Source: a virus
Lineage: Duplodnaviria; Caudoviricetes
Virus record (IMG/VR): IMGVR_UViG_3300033076_000336
Coordinates: 1-36,901 of that record
Length of the DNA stretch: 36,901 nt
Strand: one strand, 5' to 3'
The notes below the pieces were generated by a model. It ran no database searches. It saw nothing but the letters and a program-made list of their open reading frames with translations, and was not told where the DNA came from. Made by a program: the position numbers and the translations under genes. Positions 9,272-17,962 of the stretch are shown one piece after another (the stretch's first letter is position 1; each line of letters opens with the position of its first letter).

Positions 9272-9277
9272 TAAATA
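9272..9277 (+). promoter_or_regulatory. TAAATA late-type promoter motif
   Basis: GGCTAAATATT; ATG 9300 is 23 nt after the motif end. Confidence 0.6.
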
Positions 9278-9299
9278 TTAAAGTTAAGGAAAAACACAT

Positions 9300-10046
9300 A
9301 TGGGTAAGAGTTCACAAACTTCATACACAACACCACAACTGACTCAAGAACAAAAAGACCAGATTAAAGCACAAACTGACTTTTTTACTGGAACGATTAA
9401 ACCAACTTATGAGTCAGCAGTTAAAGGTGCTACAGACATTTACAACTGGGCTAGTCCTGGTGTTTTAAATGCCGCACAGAATCAGGCTGGTGTTGCTCGT
9501 CAAGTTCAAGAAGCAGTAGGTAGCACTGGTGAAAGTGCTTTACGAACAGGTATTGCAGGATTAGAAAGTTTATTTGATCCTAACTATGAAGCCAATCAAA
9601 TTCAGGCTGCTCTAGCACCTGCTCAAGCACAATACATGCAGAATGCCGCAAATCAGGCAGCAATGTTTGGTGGTGCAGGACAATTAGGTAGTGCAAGACA
9701 AGCACTGGCAGATCGTCAACTTGCTGGTGCAACTCAGGCTGCACAGATGCAAACTGCCGCACAAGTTCAGCGTGATATTGCCGCACAGCGTATGGGTGTT
9801 GGTTCTACTCTAGCACAACTTGGCTCAGGCAATTTGGGTCAAGCACTTGGTGCCGCAGGCAATGCTGTTAGTGCAAGTATGATTCCACAACAATTATATA
9901 ACCAATATGCAAGCGTTATATTTGGAACACCTGCCGCAAGTTATAACCCTGACTTCCGTGGAACACAAGGTAGCACAAAATCCGAAACTGGATACAGTTT
10001 AAAAGCGGGCGTTGATATTCCTGGTTTTGGAAGAATAGGGGGTTAA
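9300..10046 (+). CDS. Probable ejection (DNA pilot) protein
   Basis: 248 aa, Ala/Gln/Gly-rich and helical, with MGKSSQTS start and FGGAGQLGSARQALA, typical of small podovirus ejection proteins. Confidence 0.65.
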   Translation: MGKSSQTSYTTPQLTQEQKDQIKAQTDFFTGTIKPTYESAVKGATDIYNWASPGVLNAAQNQAGVARQVQEAVGSTGESALRTGIAGLESLFDPNYEANQIQAALAPAQAQYMQNAANQAAMFGGAGQLGSARQALADRQLAGATQAAQMQTAAQVQRDIAAQRMGVGSTLAQLGSGNLGQALGAAGNAVSASMIPQQLYNQYASVIFGTPAASYNPDFRGTQGSTKSETGYSLKAGVDIPGFGRIGG

Positions 10047-10048
10047 CG

Positions 10049-12364
10049 ATGGCAGCACAATACGATGCATTAGGTAATTACCTAGGTGACTGGGAAACGG
10101 AAGAAGAACGATTAAAGCGTGAAGAAGAAGAACGCAATCGCACAGTCCATACTCAAGAAATTAAAACATACGGTGATGGAACCGTAGAACGAACTACGAC
10201 TGAAGAAATGTCTCCTGCAATTAGACCAGTTGCAGTTAAGCCTGTTCAACAAATGCCTGTTGCACAACCTGTTGCACAACCTGTTAGTCCAGATACATTT
10301 CAACGAATGATTCAGGCAGAAAGCGGAGGCAGAAACTTTGATGCACAAGGTCGCCCTTTGACCAGCCCAGCAGGTGCTATGTTTGCCAATCAAGTAATGC
10401 CCGCAACGGCTGCACAACCAGGTTTTGGTGTTCGTCCAGCACAAGCACAGACTCCTGAAGAATATAACAGAGTTGGTGCAGATTTATATCAAGCATTACT
10501 AAAACAATTTGGTGGTGATGAACGCAAAGCCGCAGCCGCATATAATGCAGGCTATGGTAGAGTTAATCAGGCTCAGGCACAAGCACAACAAACTGGTCAA
10601 AGTTGGGAAAACTTTATACCAAAAGAAACCATGGGCTATCTTGGTAAAGTATTTGGTGGTATGATTCCCAGTGCCCAAGCAGGCACATTACCAGCACAAC
10701 GAACAGTTCCACAAGCATTTCCTGAAGATGGTGTTGCAGTTGCTACAGGCAAAGGTGTTCAAGGCACAACTGACACAGCCGCACAACGACAAATGGCTAT
10801 CGTCACTGGACAAACACAACAACAAGCACAACAGCAATCCATGATGAATCGTTTTGTAGATTTACAAGATGATGATATTGGTTTGCTTGCAGTAAGAAAT
10901 AATGACAATGCCACAGAATTTGAACGAGCATGGGCAGGTAATCGCTTATATGATCGTATGCGTAGAAACTACGAAGAAGCACAGGCTAAACAACAGGCTA
11001 AGGCATTAGTCACTGCCGCAGGTCAAGGTGACAGACAAGCCAGCAACGCTTTGGCTAAAGAATTACAAAAACAAGAAGGATCATGGGTTAAAATGATCTT
11101 GTTGAGTTTTATCAGTCCCCAAATGGCTGGTGAAGAAGCCGTTAAACTAGGCTATGGTAATAAATGGGTCCAAGGTTATAATGACGAAGGCAAACCAGCA
11201 TTAATGCAGGTCAATGCTTTTGGTAAGCCATTACAAGGATTTACTCCAGATGGTAATGCTATTGCCACTAATGATTTGGCTGCATATGCTGTTGGCGGTA
11301 AAGCAGGTGTTAAGGCTGATGTCAGCACACAAGATGTAGAACGCAATGGACAAGCAGGTAGAGTCGTTACACAACACTTGCCTAACGGTCAAACACGCAC
11401 CATGGTTGAAAGTGGTGGCAAAATGTTCCCGTATGATACAAGTTGGAAGCCACGCAGTATTGCTACAAGTCAAGCCAAGGCTGATTATGGTCTTATCACT
11501 GATCTTAAGAAGAAACATGGTGGTAATGTATTGGATGCTGAAAAAGATTATGTCAGTATCAATGGTCCATTTAAGACACCAGAAGATCGTGCTCAGTTCC
11601 GTCAAGCATATGGTTTTGATCTAGCACAACCAAGTGGTGCTGTTCAAGGTGGTGCTGTTAATGCTCCTGCTGTTCCACAGCCTCAAGGTGCTGTTCAAGG
11701 CGCACCAGTTAGCGCACCTGCTGTTCCAGGTCAAGCACCTGCACAGGCTGCACCAAGCAATGTTACAGTCCCATTATCCCAACAAAAACAAAATGTTGAA
11801 GTTGGTGAAGCAGCCAGAAAAGAAGTAGTTAAGAAGGCAGGCGACATTGTTGCAAGCAGTGATAAACTAGTTACTGAAATTATGAAAACAGAGCAGGCTG
11901 CTCAAGATGCATTGACTAAGCCTAATAACTTTGGCACATTAATCCATGGTATGATACCTGGAGAGCAAACTGTTGGTAAGTTCTTTAAAACACAAGATCA
12001 TATCAACACGCAAAACATTCTTGATGTTGTTAACAAAGTTGCCGCAACCAATGCTAAGATGTTGGGAACAAACCCAACTGATCGTGACTTGCAATTCGTT
12101 ACATCTACCAAACCAGATGAAACATGGAGTCAAGAAGCAGTTGCAGAATGGTTACGCCGTAGTGCAGAAGGCACACGCAGAACACTAGACTTTGCCCGCA
12201 AGCAAATGGAAACTGGTGGTAAGTTTGTTCCTGAAACTCCACAACCTAAAGAAGAAACTCCTACAAAGAAGTTAAGTAGAGAAGAACAACAAGCAGTTGA
12301 ATGGGTCAGGAAAAATCCTAATGATCCAAGAGCCGCAGAAATTAAAAAACGATTAGGACTATAA
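10049..12364 (+). CDS. Ejection protein with soluble lytic transglycosylase (SLT) domain
   Basis: MIQAESGG (catalytic Glu), SPAGAMFANQVMPATA, AAYNAGYGRV and PKETMGYLGKV match SLT motifs. Confidence 0.85.
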   Translation: MAAQYDALGNYLGDWETEEERLKREEEERNRTVHTQEIKTYGDGTVERTTTEEMSPAIRPVAVKPVQQMPVAQPVAQPVSPDTFQRMIQAESGGRNFDAQGRPLTSPAGAMFANQVMPATAAQPGFGVRPAQAQTPEEYNRVGADLYQALLKQFGGDERKAAAAYNAGYGRVNQAQAQAQQTGQSWENFIPKETMGYLGKVFGGMIPSAQAGTLPAQRTVPQAFPEDGVAVATGKGVQGTTDTAAQRQMAIVTGQTQQQAQQQSMMNRFVDLQDDDIGLLAVRNNDNATEFERAWAGNRLYDRMRRNYEEAQAKQQAKALVTAAGQGDRQASNALAKELQKQEGSWVKMILLSFISPQMAGEEAVKLGYGNKWVQGYNDEGKPALMQVNAFGKPLQGFTPDGNAIATNDLAAYAVGGKAGVKADVSTQDVERNGQAGRVVTQHLPNGQTRTMVESGGKMFPYDTSWKPRSIATSQAKADYGLITDLKKKHGGNVLDAEKDYVSINGPFKTPEDRAQFRQAYGFDLAQPSGAVQGGAVNAPAVPQPQGAVQGAPVSAPAVPGQAPAQAAPSNVTVPLSQQKQNVEVGEAARKEVVKKAGDIVASSDKLVTEIMKTEQAAQDALTKPNNFGTLIHGMIPGEQTVGKFFKTQDHINTQNILDVVNKVAATNAKMLGTNPTDRDLQFVTSTKPDETWSQEAVAEWLRRSAEGTRRTLDFARKQMETGGKFVPETPQPKEETPTKKLSREEQQAVEWVRKNPNDPRAAEIKKRLGL

Positions 12365-12367
12365 TCC

Positions 12368-14590
12368 ATGGCTGAGTTTGATCCAGATGCATTCCTTGCT
12401 AAACAGGATAAGCGTAAAGAACGAAACACAGGTTTTGATCCTGACGCTTTCCTTGCTAAAACTGCACCCGAAACTGCCGCACAGACTTTCGGGCGTAGTG
12501 CCGCAAGTTTGGCAGATACTGCATTAAATGCAATCACAGGCACATTAGATTATGGTGCTTATGCACTGGCTCGTGCCGCTGGTAGAACTCCTGAACAAGC
12601 AACTGCTGAAACAACAAGTCCAAAAGATGTTGTTGGTAGAGCATTTGGCGTTACAGGCACCGCAGGTTATGAAAATGCACCGTTGCGTAGTGCAGGTAGA
12701 TTCATTGGCGAACAATTAGGCGAAAATGTCATTCAGCCTGTTGCCAGTGCTACTGGTATTCCTGAAGCAGATGTTGCAAACATGCTTAACAGTTTAGCAA
12801 TGGGTGTTGCACCTGTTGCTGGTAAGGTTGCCGCACCTGTTGCAAGAACAGCGGCTAAAGTTCCTGGAGTTGTTGCACAAGTCCCAGGTGCAGTCCGTGA
12901 TGTTGCAGGTGGTGCTTATGGATCATTTACTGGTAAGACTGCGGCTCCTGGTGCTGTTCCAGAACCATGGCAACAACCTAGTGTTCGTCAGCCTGTTAGC
13001 AAAACATATTATACACCAGAACAAATTACTGCTTGGCGTGCTGGTGAATTACCCACAGAACAATTAACACCACAACCTATTGAAAACCTAGGACCACAAG
13101 CCTTGGCTGCATTACAAAAAACAGAAGGTAATGTTCCTTATACTGGTCAGGGTTTTAGAGCATTTGGTGAACAACTAGGTGAAACTTATCGTAATCCATT
13201 AAACTTATTAACTGATGTTGGCTTAGATGTGCTGACTAGTGGTGGTTTGCCTACTATGGCTCGTATGGGTTATAAAGGCATTAAAGGTGCTCAAGGTGCT
13301 ACAGCCGCAAAAACTCTTGAAGGTGCAGGATTTACTAGATTATATCCAGCAGAATTAGCGGCATTGGAAAGTGGACAACCACATCCAAGTGCATTGGGTC
13401 CAATTGCACCAACTGCACAACCTACTGCAACCGCACCAACAGTTACTACACAACCTGTAGTGCCACAACCTGTTCCAAGATTAGGTTACAGTCCAACTCC
13501 ATCCGTAATGTATGGTAGCGAAACTGGTATTGTTGGTAAAACACCACAAGAAGTAGTTACTGCTGATCTTGCACAACGATATGCTCCACAACCTGTTGCC
13601 GCAGTAGCACCAGAAACTGTAGTTGCACCTGCGGTAGATGTTGCCGCACAAGAAGCAGCCAAACAAGCAAGTAAGCAAAAAGTTTTGGACATGATTAATG
13701 CAAAACGAGCACAACAAGCACAACCTGAAGTTCCTGCAACTACAATTACTCCTGTTGAGCCTACTGCATTACCAGAAACACCAACAATTACTACTGCACC
13801 AACACCAAGTGCAGAAGTTATTGCCGCTGTTCCAGAAATGGCTAAGAAAACATTACCTGAAATTCGTTTTGATGTTAAAAACACAGGTAAAGGTGCCATT
13901 ACAACTAAGAACAACATTATTCAATTAGACAAAGCCGCATATGATGAGTTGGCTGCGATGCATGGTGCTACACTAGACTGGTCAAAGTTAGGCGAGTTGA
14001 AAAAAGGTGCCGCAGATGCTCGTGAACAAGTCAATAACTTTGTTATGCAAGCAATTAAAGAAGCCCGTGGTCCAGAAAAGCGTGGTCCACAGATGCGAAC
14101 ACTTCAAAAACAAGCAGAAGCAGAGTTGGGCATTGGCAAAGATACAGAACTTACACCTGAACAACTTAAACGAATTGGCTCAACAGGCAAACCACAGCCT
14201 GCACCAACAATAAGTCCAGCATTACAGGCAATGTTGGACAAGCAAAAAGCCGCAGGTAACTATCGTGGACCAAAAGATGTAAGTCAAATGATGACTAGTG
14301 AAACGGTATATCCATCGTTGGAAGAATTTAACAAAGCAACTATGATGGATGTTCTTGCTGGTAAAGAACAACTTGGTGCTTACAGATTAGGTGATAAAAT
14401 TATTCAGCGTATACCTAATCCAGAAAGAGCAAATGTGCCTGATGTGTTTAAAGATAGATTTTCACCAGTAAAAGAAATTGCTTATGATGCAAATACAGGT
14501 GAGCGTGTGCCAGTAGGCAGTGATTGGACAGAAATTGATCCAAAACCATTCAAACAGCAGGTTGAAGATAAGTTAAAGAAGCGTAAATAA
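12368..14590 (+). CDS. Probable large ejection / internal virion protein
   Basis: 740 aa, Ala/Pro/Thr-rich, duplicated N-terminal FDPDAFLAK, follows the SLT protein. Confidence 0.6.
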   Translation: MAEFDPDAFLAKQDKRKERNTGFDPDAFLAKTAPETAAQTFGRSAASLADTALNAITGTLDYGAYALARAAGRTPEQATAETTSPKDVVGRAFGVTGTAGYENAPLRSAGRFIGEQLGENVIQPVASATGIPEADVANMLNSLAMGVAPVAGKVAAPVARTAAKVPGVVAQVPGAVRDVAGGAYGSFTGKTAAPGAVPEPWQQPSVRQPVSKTYYTPEQITAWRAGELPTEQLTPQPIENLGPQALAALQKTEGNVPYTGQGFRAFGEQLGETYRNPLNLLTDVGLDVLTSGGLPTMARMGYKGIKGAQGATAAKTLEGAGFTRLYPAELAALESGQPHPSALGPIAPTAQPTATAPTVTTQPVVPQPVPRLGYSPTPSVMYGSETGIVGKTPQEVVTADLAQRYAPQPVAAVAPETVVAPAVDVAAQEAAKQASKQKVLDMINAKRAQQAQPEVPATTITPVEPTALPETPTITTAPTPSAEVIAAVPEMAKKTLPEIRFDVKNTGKGAITTKNNIIQLDKAAYDELAAMHGATLDWSKLGELKKGAADAREQVNNFVMQAIKEARGPEKRGPQMRTLQKQAEAELGIGKDTELTPEQLKRIGSTGKPQPAPTISPALQAMLDKQKAAGNYRGPKDVSQMMTSETVYPSLEEFNKATMMDVLAGKEQLGAYRLGDKIIQRIPNPERANVPDVFKDRFSPVKEIAYDANTGERVPVGSDWTEIDPKPFKQQVEDKLKKRK
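14584..14589 (+). promoter_or_regulatory. TAAATA motif before a probably leaderless gene
   Basis: ATG 14595 is 6 nt after the motif end, with no SD in between. Confidence 0.5.
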
Positions 14591-14594
14591 AATT

Positions 14595-15026
14595 ATGAAC
14601 ACAGCAGAACTATTAACCCAAGTTTTTTATAACAACTTTACTGCCTACTATCGCAGTCATGTAGCCCATGTTAACACCGTGGGCAGAAACTTCAAAAGCG
14701 ATCACGCATTGTTACAAGGTATCTACGAAGATTTACAAGATCAAATTGATACCATTGCAGAATTGCTACGCACGCTAGACGAATTCATGCCCAGCGAGAT
14801 TCAGTTTGTTTTGAATGAAAGCACAATTAGCACAGCCATATTTGAAGGCACGGCTGATGAATTATTGGCAGGTGTAAGAGATGATTTAGAAACCCTAAAA
14901 GGTTTTTATGAAGATTTAATGGAGGAAGCAGAACTAGATGGACATAAAGAAATAGCCAACTACAGTCAGGACCGTATATTGGCTATTGCTAAACATATTT
15001 GGATGTTAAACGCTACTCTTGACTAA
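14595..15026 (+). CDS. dps: Dps-like (ferritin superfamily) protein
   Basis: HVAHVNTVGRNFKSDHALLQGIYEDLQDQIDTIAELLRTL aligns with the Dps signature HWNxxGxxFxxxHxxxxxxYxxxxxxxDxxAERxxxL. C-terminal KHIWML; 143 aa. Confidence 0.85.
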   Translation: MNTAELLTQVFYNNFTAYYRSHVAHVNTVGRNFKSDHALLQGIYEDLQDQIDTIAELLRTLDEFMPSEIQFVLNESTISTAIFEGTADELLAGVRDDLETLKGFYEDLMEEAELDGHKEIANYSQDRILAIAKHIWMLNATLD

Positions 15027-15275
15027 CTTATCGTTGGTTCTTTTTAAGCGGTAGCGATATTCGCCCCAGATATCAACAATGTCATCATAGCCACGAATAC
15101 CAGAAAATACTTCACAGCGTTCTTTGTTATAATGTGGATAGAATAACACAATGGCATCGTCCATGACTTCTAATCCACATAAGAAGTTTGCTTCAGTGTA
15201 TACATAGCGTTCATCGTCTATGGTGATATCTGGACAAAAGCCAGCGATGTGTCGTAGAATTTCTTGTTTGTTCAT
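15006..15275 (-). CDS. Hypothetical protein
   Basis: 89 aa, ATGA-coupled to the upstream minus-strand gene, converging on dps. Confidence 0.65.
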   Translation of the reverse strand: MNKQEILRHIAGFCPDITIDDERYVYTEANFLCGLEVMDDAIVLFYPHYNKERCEVFSGIRGYDDIVDIWGEYRYRLKRTNDKLVKSSV

Positions 15276-15772
15276 TGTTGTGCCTCTAGGTTAAGTCGTT
15301 TATATGCAAAACTGCCACGAACATCATAGCCGTTGCGTTTGTGCATTTTTAAGAAAGTTTGTTGATCGTTACGCATAGTAGTTGAGCAAATGATAGGTGT
15401 TTGAGAAAAGATTGCAAATCGTTCCCACAAAGTCATCATGTCATTAATTAATTCAATGCGTGTGCGAGCACTAAGGTCTAGTGCAACATGAGCCATGCGG
15501 ATAGATACCATTCTATCATCGCTCCAAGCGGCACGCTCATTTGCTCTAGCCCAAGTGTATGCTATCATTTCCCCATTATCGGTGGTAGCAACACTAAGAA
15601 GTTCGGTAGTGGGAAGATAGAATTGGTTGACTACTGCCAGAGTAATATTTCTGCTGTAGGCAACAGGGTCGGGTGTGAAAATTAGGTCAATCTCTTGCTG
15701 GAAATGGTCTTGTGCCATTTTTACAATGCTGTTAACATCATTGCCAGTAGCAGGTCGCCAAGTGTGTATCAT
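15272..15772 (-). CDS. GNAT-fold acetyltransferase-like protein
   Basis: N-terminal WRPATGNDVNSIVKM, central LLSVA...GEMIAY and C-terminal KMHKRNGY follow GNAT topology. SD AGGAG upstream. Confidence 0.6.
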   Translation of the reverse strand: MIHTWRPATGNDVNSIVKMAQDHFQQEIDLIFTPDPVAYSRNITLAVVNQFYLPTTELLSVATTDNGEMIAYTWARANERAAWSDDRMVSIRMAHVALDLSARTRIELINDMMTLWERFAIFSQTPIICSTTMRNDQQTFLKMHKRNGYDVRGSFAYKRLNLEAQQ

Positions 15773-15797
15773 ATGCTATTCTCCTATGCTATACACT

Positions 15798-15837
15798 TAT
15801 TTACCATCCTTGACCATGATATAGAAAGGCATAAATA
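15798..15837. promoter_or_regulatory. Back-to-back TAAATA motifs (minus 15798-15803, plus 15832-15837)
   Basis: One motif faces each divergent gene: 26 nt before ATG 15772 (-) and 6 nt before ATG 15843 (+). Confidence 0.65.
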
Positions 15838-15842
15838 TTAGT

Positions 15843-16208
15843 ATGGAAACAGAGAAACCAAAAGCCCCATTAAAGGGCAGACAGAAAAGTGCTAATCACG
15901 GTGGCAAGCGTGAGGGAGCAGGTCGCAAAGATGGCACTAAGAACATGATTACAGTCAAGGGCTTGATGGAAGCCGTTGAAGCAAAAAGTGGCGGAGAAAG
16001 TTACACAGACATTTTAGTGCAGGACTTTCTTGATGCCAGAGCAAGAAAAGATACACAGTTGATGATGAAGTATCACCAACTTATCCTACAAAAAGTCTTG
16101 GTCAATGTCAGCAAGATTGAGATTGCCGAAAGCACTGATGCTGTTCAAGCAAAACAGGCTGCATTTGCAGAAGCATTAGCAAAACTCACAGCCATTGCGA
16201 AAGAATAA
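15843..16208 (+). CDS. terS: Probable terminase small subunit
   Basis: HGGKREGAGRKDGTKN motif typical of TerS N-termini; 121 aa; upstream of TerL. Confidence 0.6.
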   Translation: METEKPKAPLKGRQKSANHGGKREGAGRKDGTKNMITVKGLMEAVEAKSGGESYTDILVQDFLDARARKDTQLMMKYHQLILQKVLVNVSKIEIAESTDAVQAKQAAFAEALAKLTAIAKE

Positions 16209-16211
16209 ATA
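16206..16211 (+). promoter_or_regulatory. TAAATA motif before a probably leaderless gene
   Basis: Overlaps the upstream stop; ATG 16217 is 6 nt after the motif end, no SD. Confidence 0.5.
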
Positions 16212-16216
16212 ATACT

Positions 16217-16363
16217 ATGCCGTTAATTAAATCCACTAGTAAAAAAGCATTCCAGAAGAATGTTAAAAAGGAAATCGCCGCAGGCAAGCCTCCAAAACAG
16301 GCTGTGGCTATAGCGTATTCAACTAAGCGTGAAGCCGCAAAAAAGACCAAGGGGAAAAAATAA
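16217..16363 (+). CDS. Small basic protein, 48 aa (MPLIKSTSKKAFQKNVKKEIAAGKPPKQAVAIAYS...), not in the ORF track
   Basis: Read manually. Lys-rich; KQAVAIA pattern recalled from small phage proteins near packaging genes; TAATG-coupled to the next ORF. Confidence 0.8.
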   Translation: MPLIKSTSKKAFQKNVKKEIAAGKPPKQAVAIAYSTKREAAKKTKGKK

Positions 16364-16521
16364 TGGCAAAGCCTGGACTATATGCGAATATACATGCCAA
16401 GCAGGAAAGAATTAAAGCAGGCTCTGGAGAGCGTATGCGTAAGCCTGGCACTAAAGGTGCTCCTACCGCCAAGGCATTTAAACAGGCAGCAAAAACTGCT
16501 AAAAAAGGAAAAACCAAATGA
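16363..16521 (+). CDS. Small basic protein, 52 aa (MAKPGLYANIHAKQERIKAGSGERMRKPG...), not in the ORF track
   Basis: Read manually. GLYANIHAK pattern recalled from aquatic phage small proteins; coupled to neighbours at both ends. Confidence 0.8.
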   Translation: MAKPGLYANIHAKQERIKAGSGERMRKPGTKGAPTAKAFKQAAKTAKKGKTK

Positions 16522-16850
16522 GTAATTTAGATTTTGATGGAATGGCTGGCACTGGAGTTAATCGTAAAGCCAATCGTTTAGCACATAATCAATGGAGTGG
16601 TCACAGTAATGATGGTCGCTTAGTAAACAAAGGTCGTGGTCCTACTAAGGGCAACCAAGACTATGATGCTATGCAGGGCGCACACAAAGAGCCAGTAACT
16701 CGTGCATTACCAGCAATTCCAAAAGGTAAAGACATGTTTACAGGCACAGCACAATATCGTGGTCAAGGTGGCACACAGGTTAAAAAGCCTGGAGCAGAAG
16801 CCAAGATCAATGCTGGTCGTGGACCAACTAAAGGCAACTGCGGTTGCTAA
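16518..16850 (+). CDS. Small basic Gly-rich protein with two GRGPTKGN repeats
   Basis: 110 aa, SD AAGGA, ATGA overlap. Confidence 0.75.
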   Translation: MSNLDFDGMAGTGVNRKANRLAHNQWSGHSNDGRLVNKGRGPTKGNQDYDAMQGAHKEPVTRALPAIPKGKDMFTGTAQYRGQGGTQVKKPGAEAKINAGRGPTKGNCGC

Positions 16851-16862
16851 TCGGAGAATATA

Positions 16863-17117
16863 ATGGCAACTAAATCAATCAACCAAAAGCGTGGTCCTAC
16901 CACTGGTAACATGGGTAATGCTGAAAAGCGTGACTCATTTATGGCTGAAAAAAGCAAAACTAGCAGTCAGCGTGCCGCACTTGCTAAAGTAGTCACAGAC
17001 GCACTAGAAATGCGTGGTCGTGGTCAAGGTGGCAAGACTAATCCTGCACTTGAAGGTATGCACAGCAATACCAATGTAGGCAGAGGTCCAACAAAAGGCA
17101 ACGCAGGTAGGAAATAA
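16863..17117 (+). CDS. Small basic Gly-rich protein with RGPT(T/K)GN repeats, probably related to the previous gene
   Basis: 84 aa, SD GGAG. Confidence 0.75.
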   Translation: MATKSINQKRGPTTGNMGNAEKRDSFMAEKSKTSSQRAALAKVVTDALEMRGRGQGGKTNPALEGMHSNTNVGRGPTKGNAGRK

Positions 17118-17119
17118 TT

Positions 17120-17905
17120 ATGAGCATGTCAGCAATGCCCATCATGGGCGATATCGGTCAATCCATAGGCGGTAGTTTAGGTGGAGGTTTTGGCTTGGGC
17201 TTGCCCATGGAGCCTGGACAAAATCCAGTTGCTGACCAAACTCAACAAATGGCTAACAATCCTATCTATGGTCAACAAAGCCCATTTCAACCACAACAAA
17301 ATCGCAATGTTGGTATAGGTTTTGGTCCAGCACCAATTGACAGTGGTATGGGCGGTGGCAAGAGTTTTGGCGGTGGAATGCTTCCACCTAATTTTGGTAT
17401 AGGCTTGCCAATGGAACCTTACCAACCTAATCCATTAGAGGGTAGTCCAATAGCAGATATCGGTGGTGGTGGATTACCTAATCCTATCGCTGGTATGCCA
17501 AATATAGGTGCAGGCGGTCAACTAATAGGTGGTCCAGCAGGTAAGCCAATCCTAGGTCCAGGTCAACAAATGCCTCTACCCATGATGCCACCTGGCGGTT
17601 CCGTAGGTCAGCAACAAATGCCTCTACCCATGATGCCACCTGGCGGTTCCGTAGGTCAGCAACAAATGCCTGTAGGCAGACCCTTACAAGGAAAACTTCC
17701 TGGATCAAACATTCCATATACAATTGGTGATGAGCCAATTCCACCAATATCAGGTGCAAGAAATATTGGACAAATCGCAGGTGGTCCAGTAGGTAAGCCA
17801 ATTACTAATCAGCCACAACCGTTCCGTGGTGGATTAAAACCAGCACCACGAAATTATCGTCCACCTCAGCGTGGCGGTAACTTAAGATCATTTATTGGTC
17901 GCTAA
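17120..17905 (+). CDS. Gly/Pro/Gln/Met-rich low-complexity protein
   Basis: 261-aa ORF that fills the gap between neighbours; in-frame internal repeats. Confidence 0.7.
   Translation: MSMSAMPIMGDIGQSIGGSLGGGFGLGLPMEPGQNPVADQTQQMANNPIYGQQSPFQPQQNRNVGIGFGPAPIDSGMGGGKSFGGGMLPPNFGIGLPMEPYQPNPLEGSPIADIGGGGLPNPIAGMPNIGAGGQLIGGPAGKPILGPGQQMPLPMMPPGGSVGQQQMPLPMMPPGGSVGQQQMPVGRPLQGKLPGSNIPYTIGDEPIPPISGARNIGQIAGGPVGKPITNQPQPFRGGLKPAPRNYRPPQRGGNLRSFIGR
17564..17671 (+). repeat. Exact 48-bp tandem repeat (2 copies plus 12 bp), encoding QQMPLPMMPPGGSVGQ
   Basis: Units 17564-17611 and 17612-17659 are identical. Confidence 0.95.
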
Positions 17906-17934
17906 ATAAAATGGACGACACTATGTTGTCCATT
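17903..17934 (+). promoter_or_regulatory. TAAATA motif followed by a hairpin
   Basis: TAAATA 17903-17908 overlaps the upstream stop; stem AATGGACGAC / GTTGTCCATT (17910-17934) has one G:U pair. Confidence 0.5.
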
Positions 17935-17962
17935 AGCATTTTATAGTATAGAAAGGTATCGT

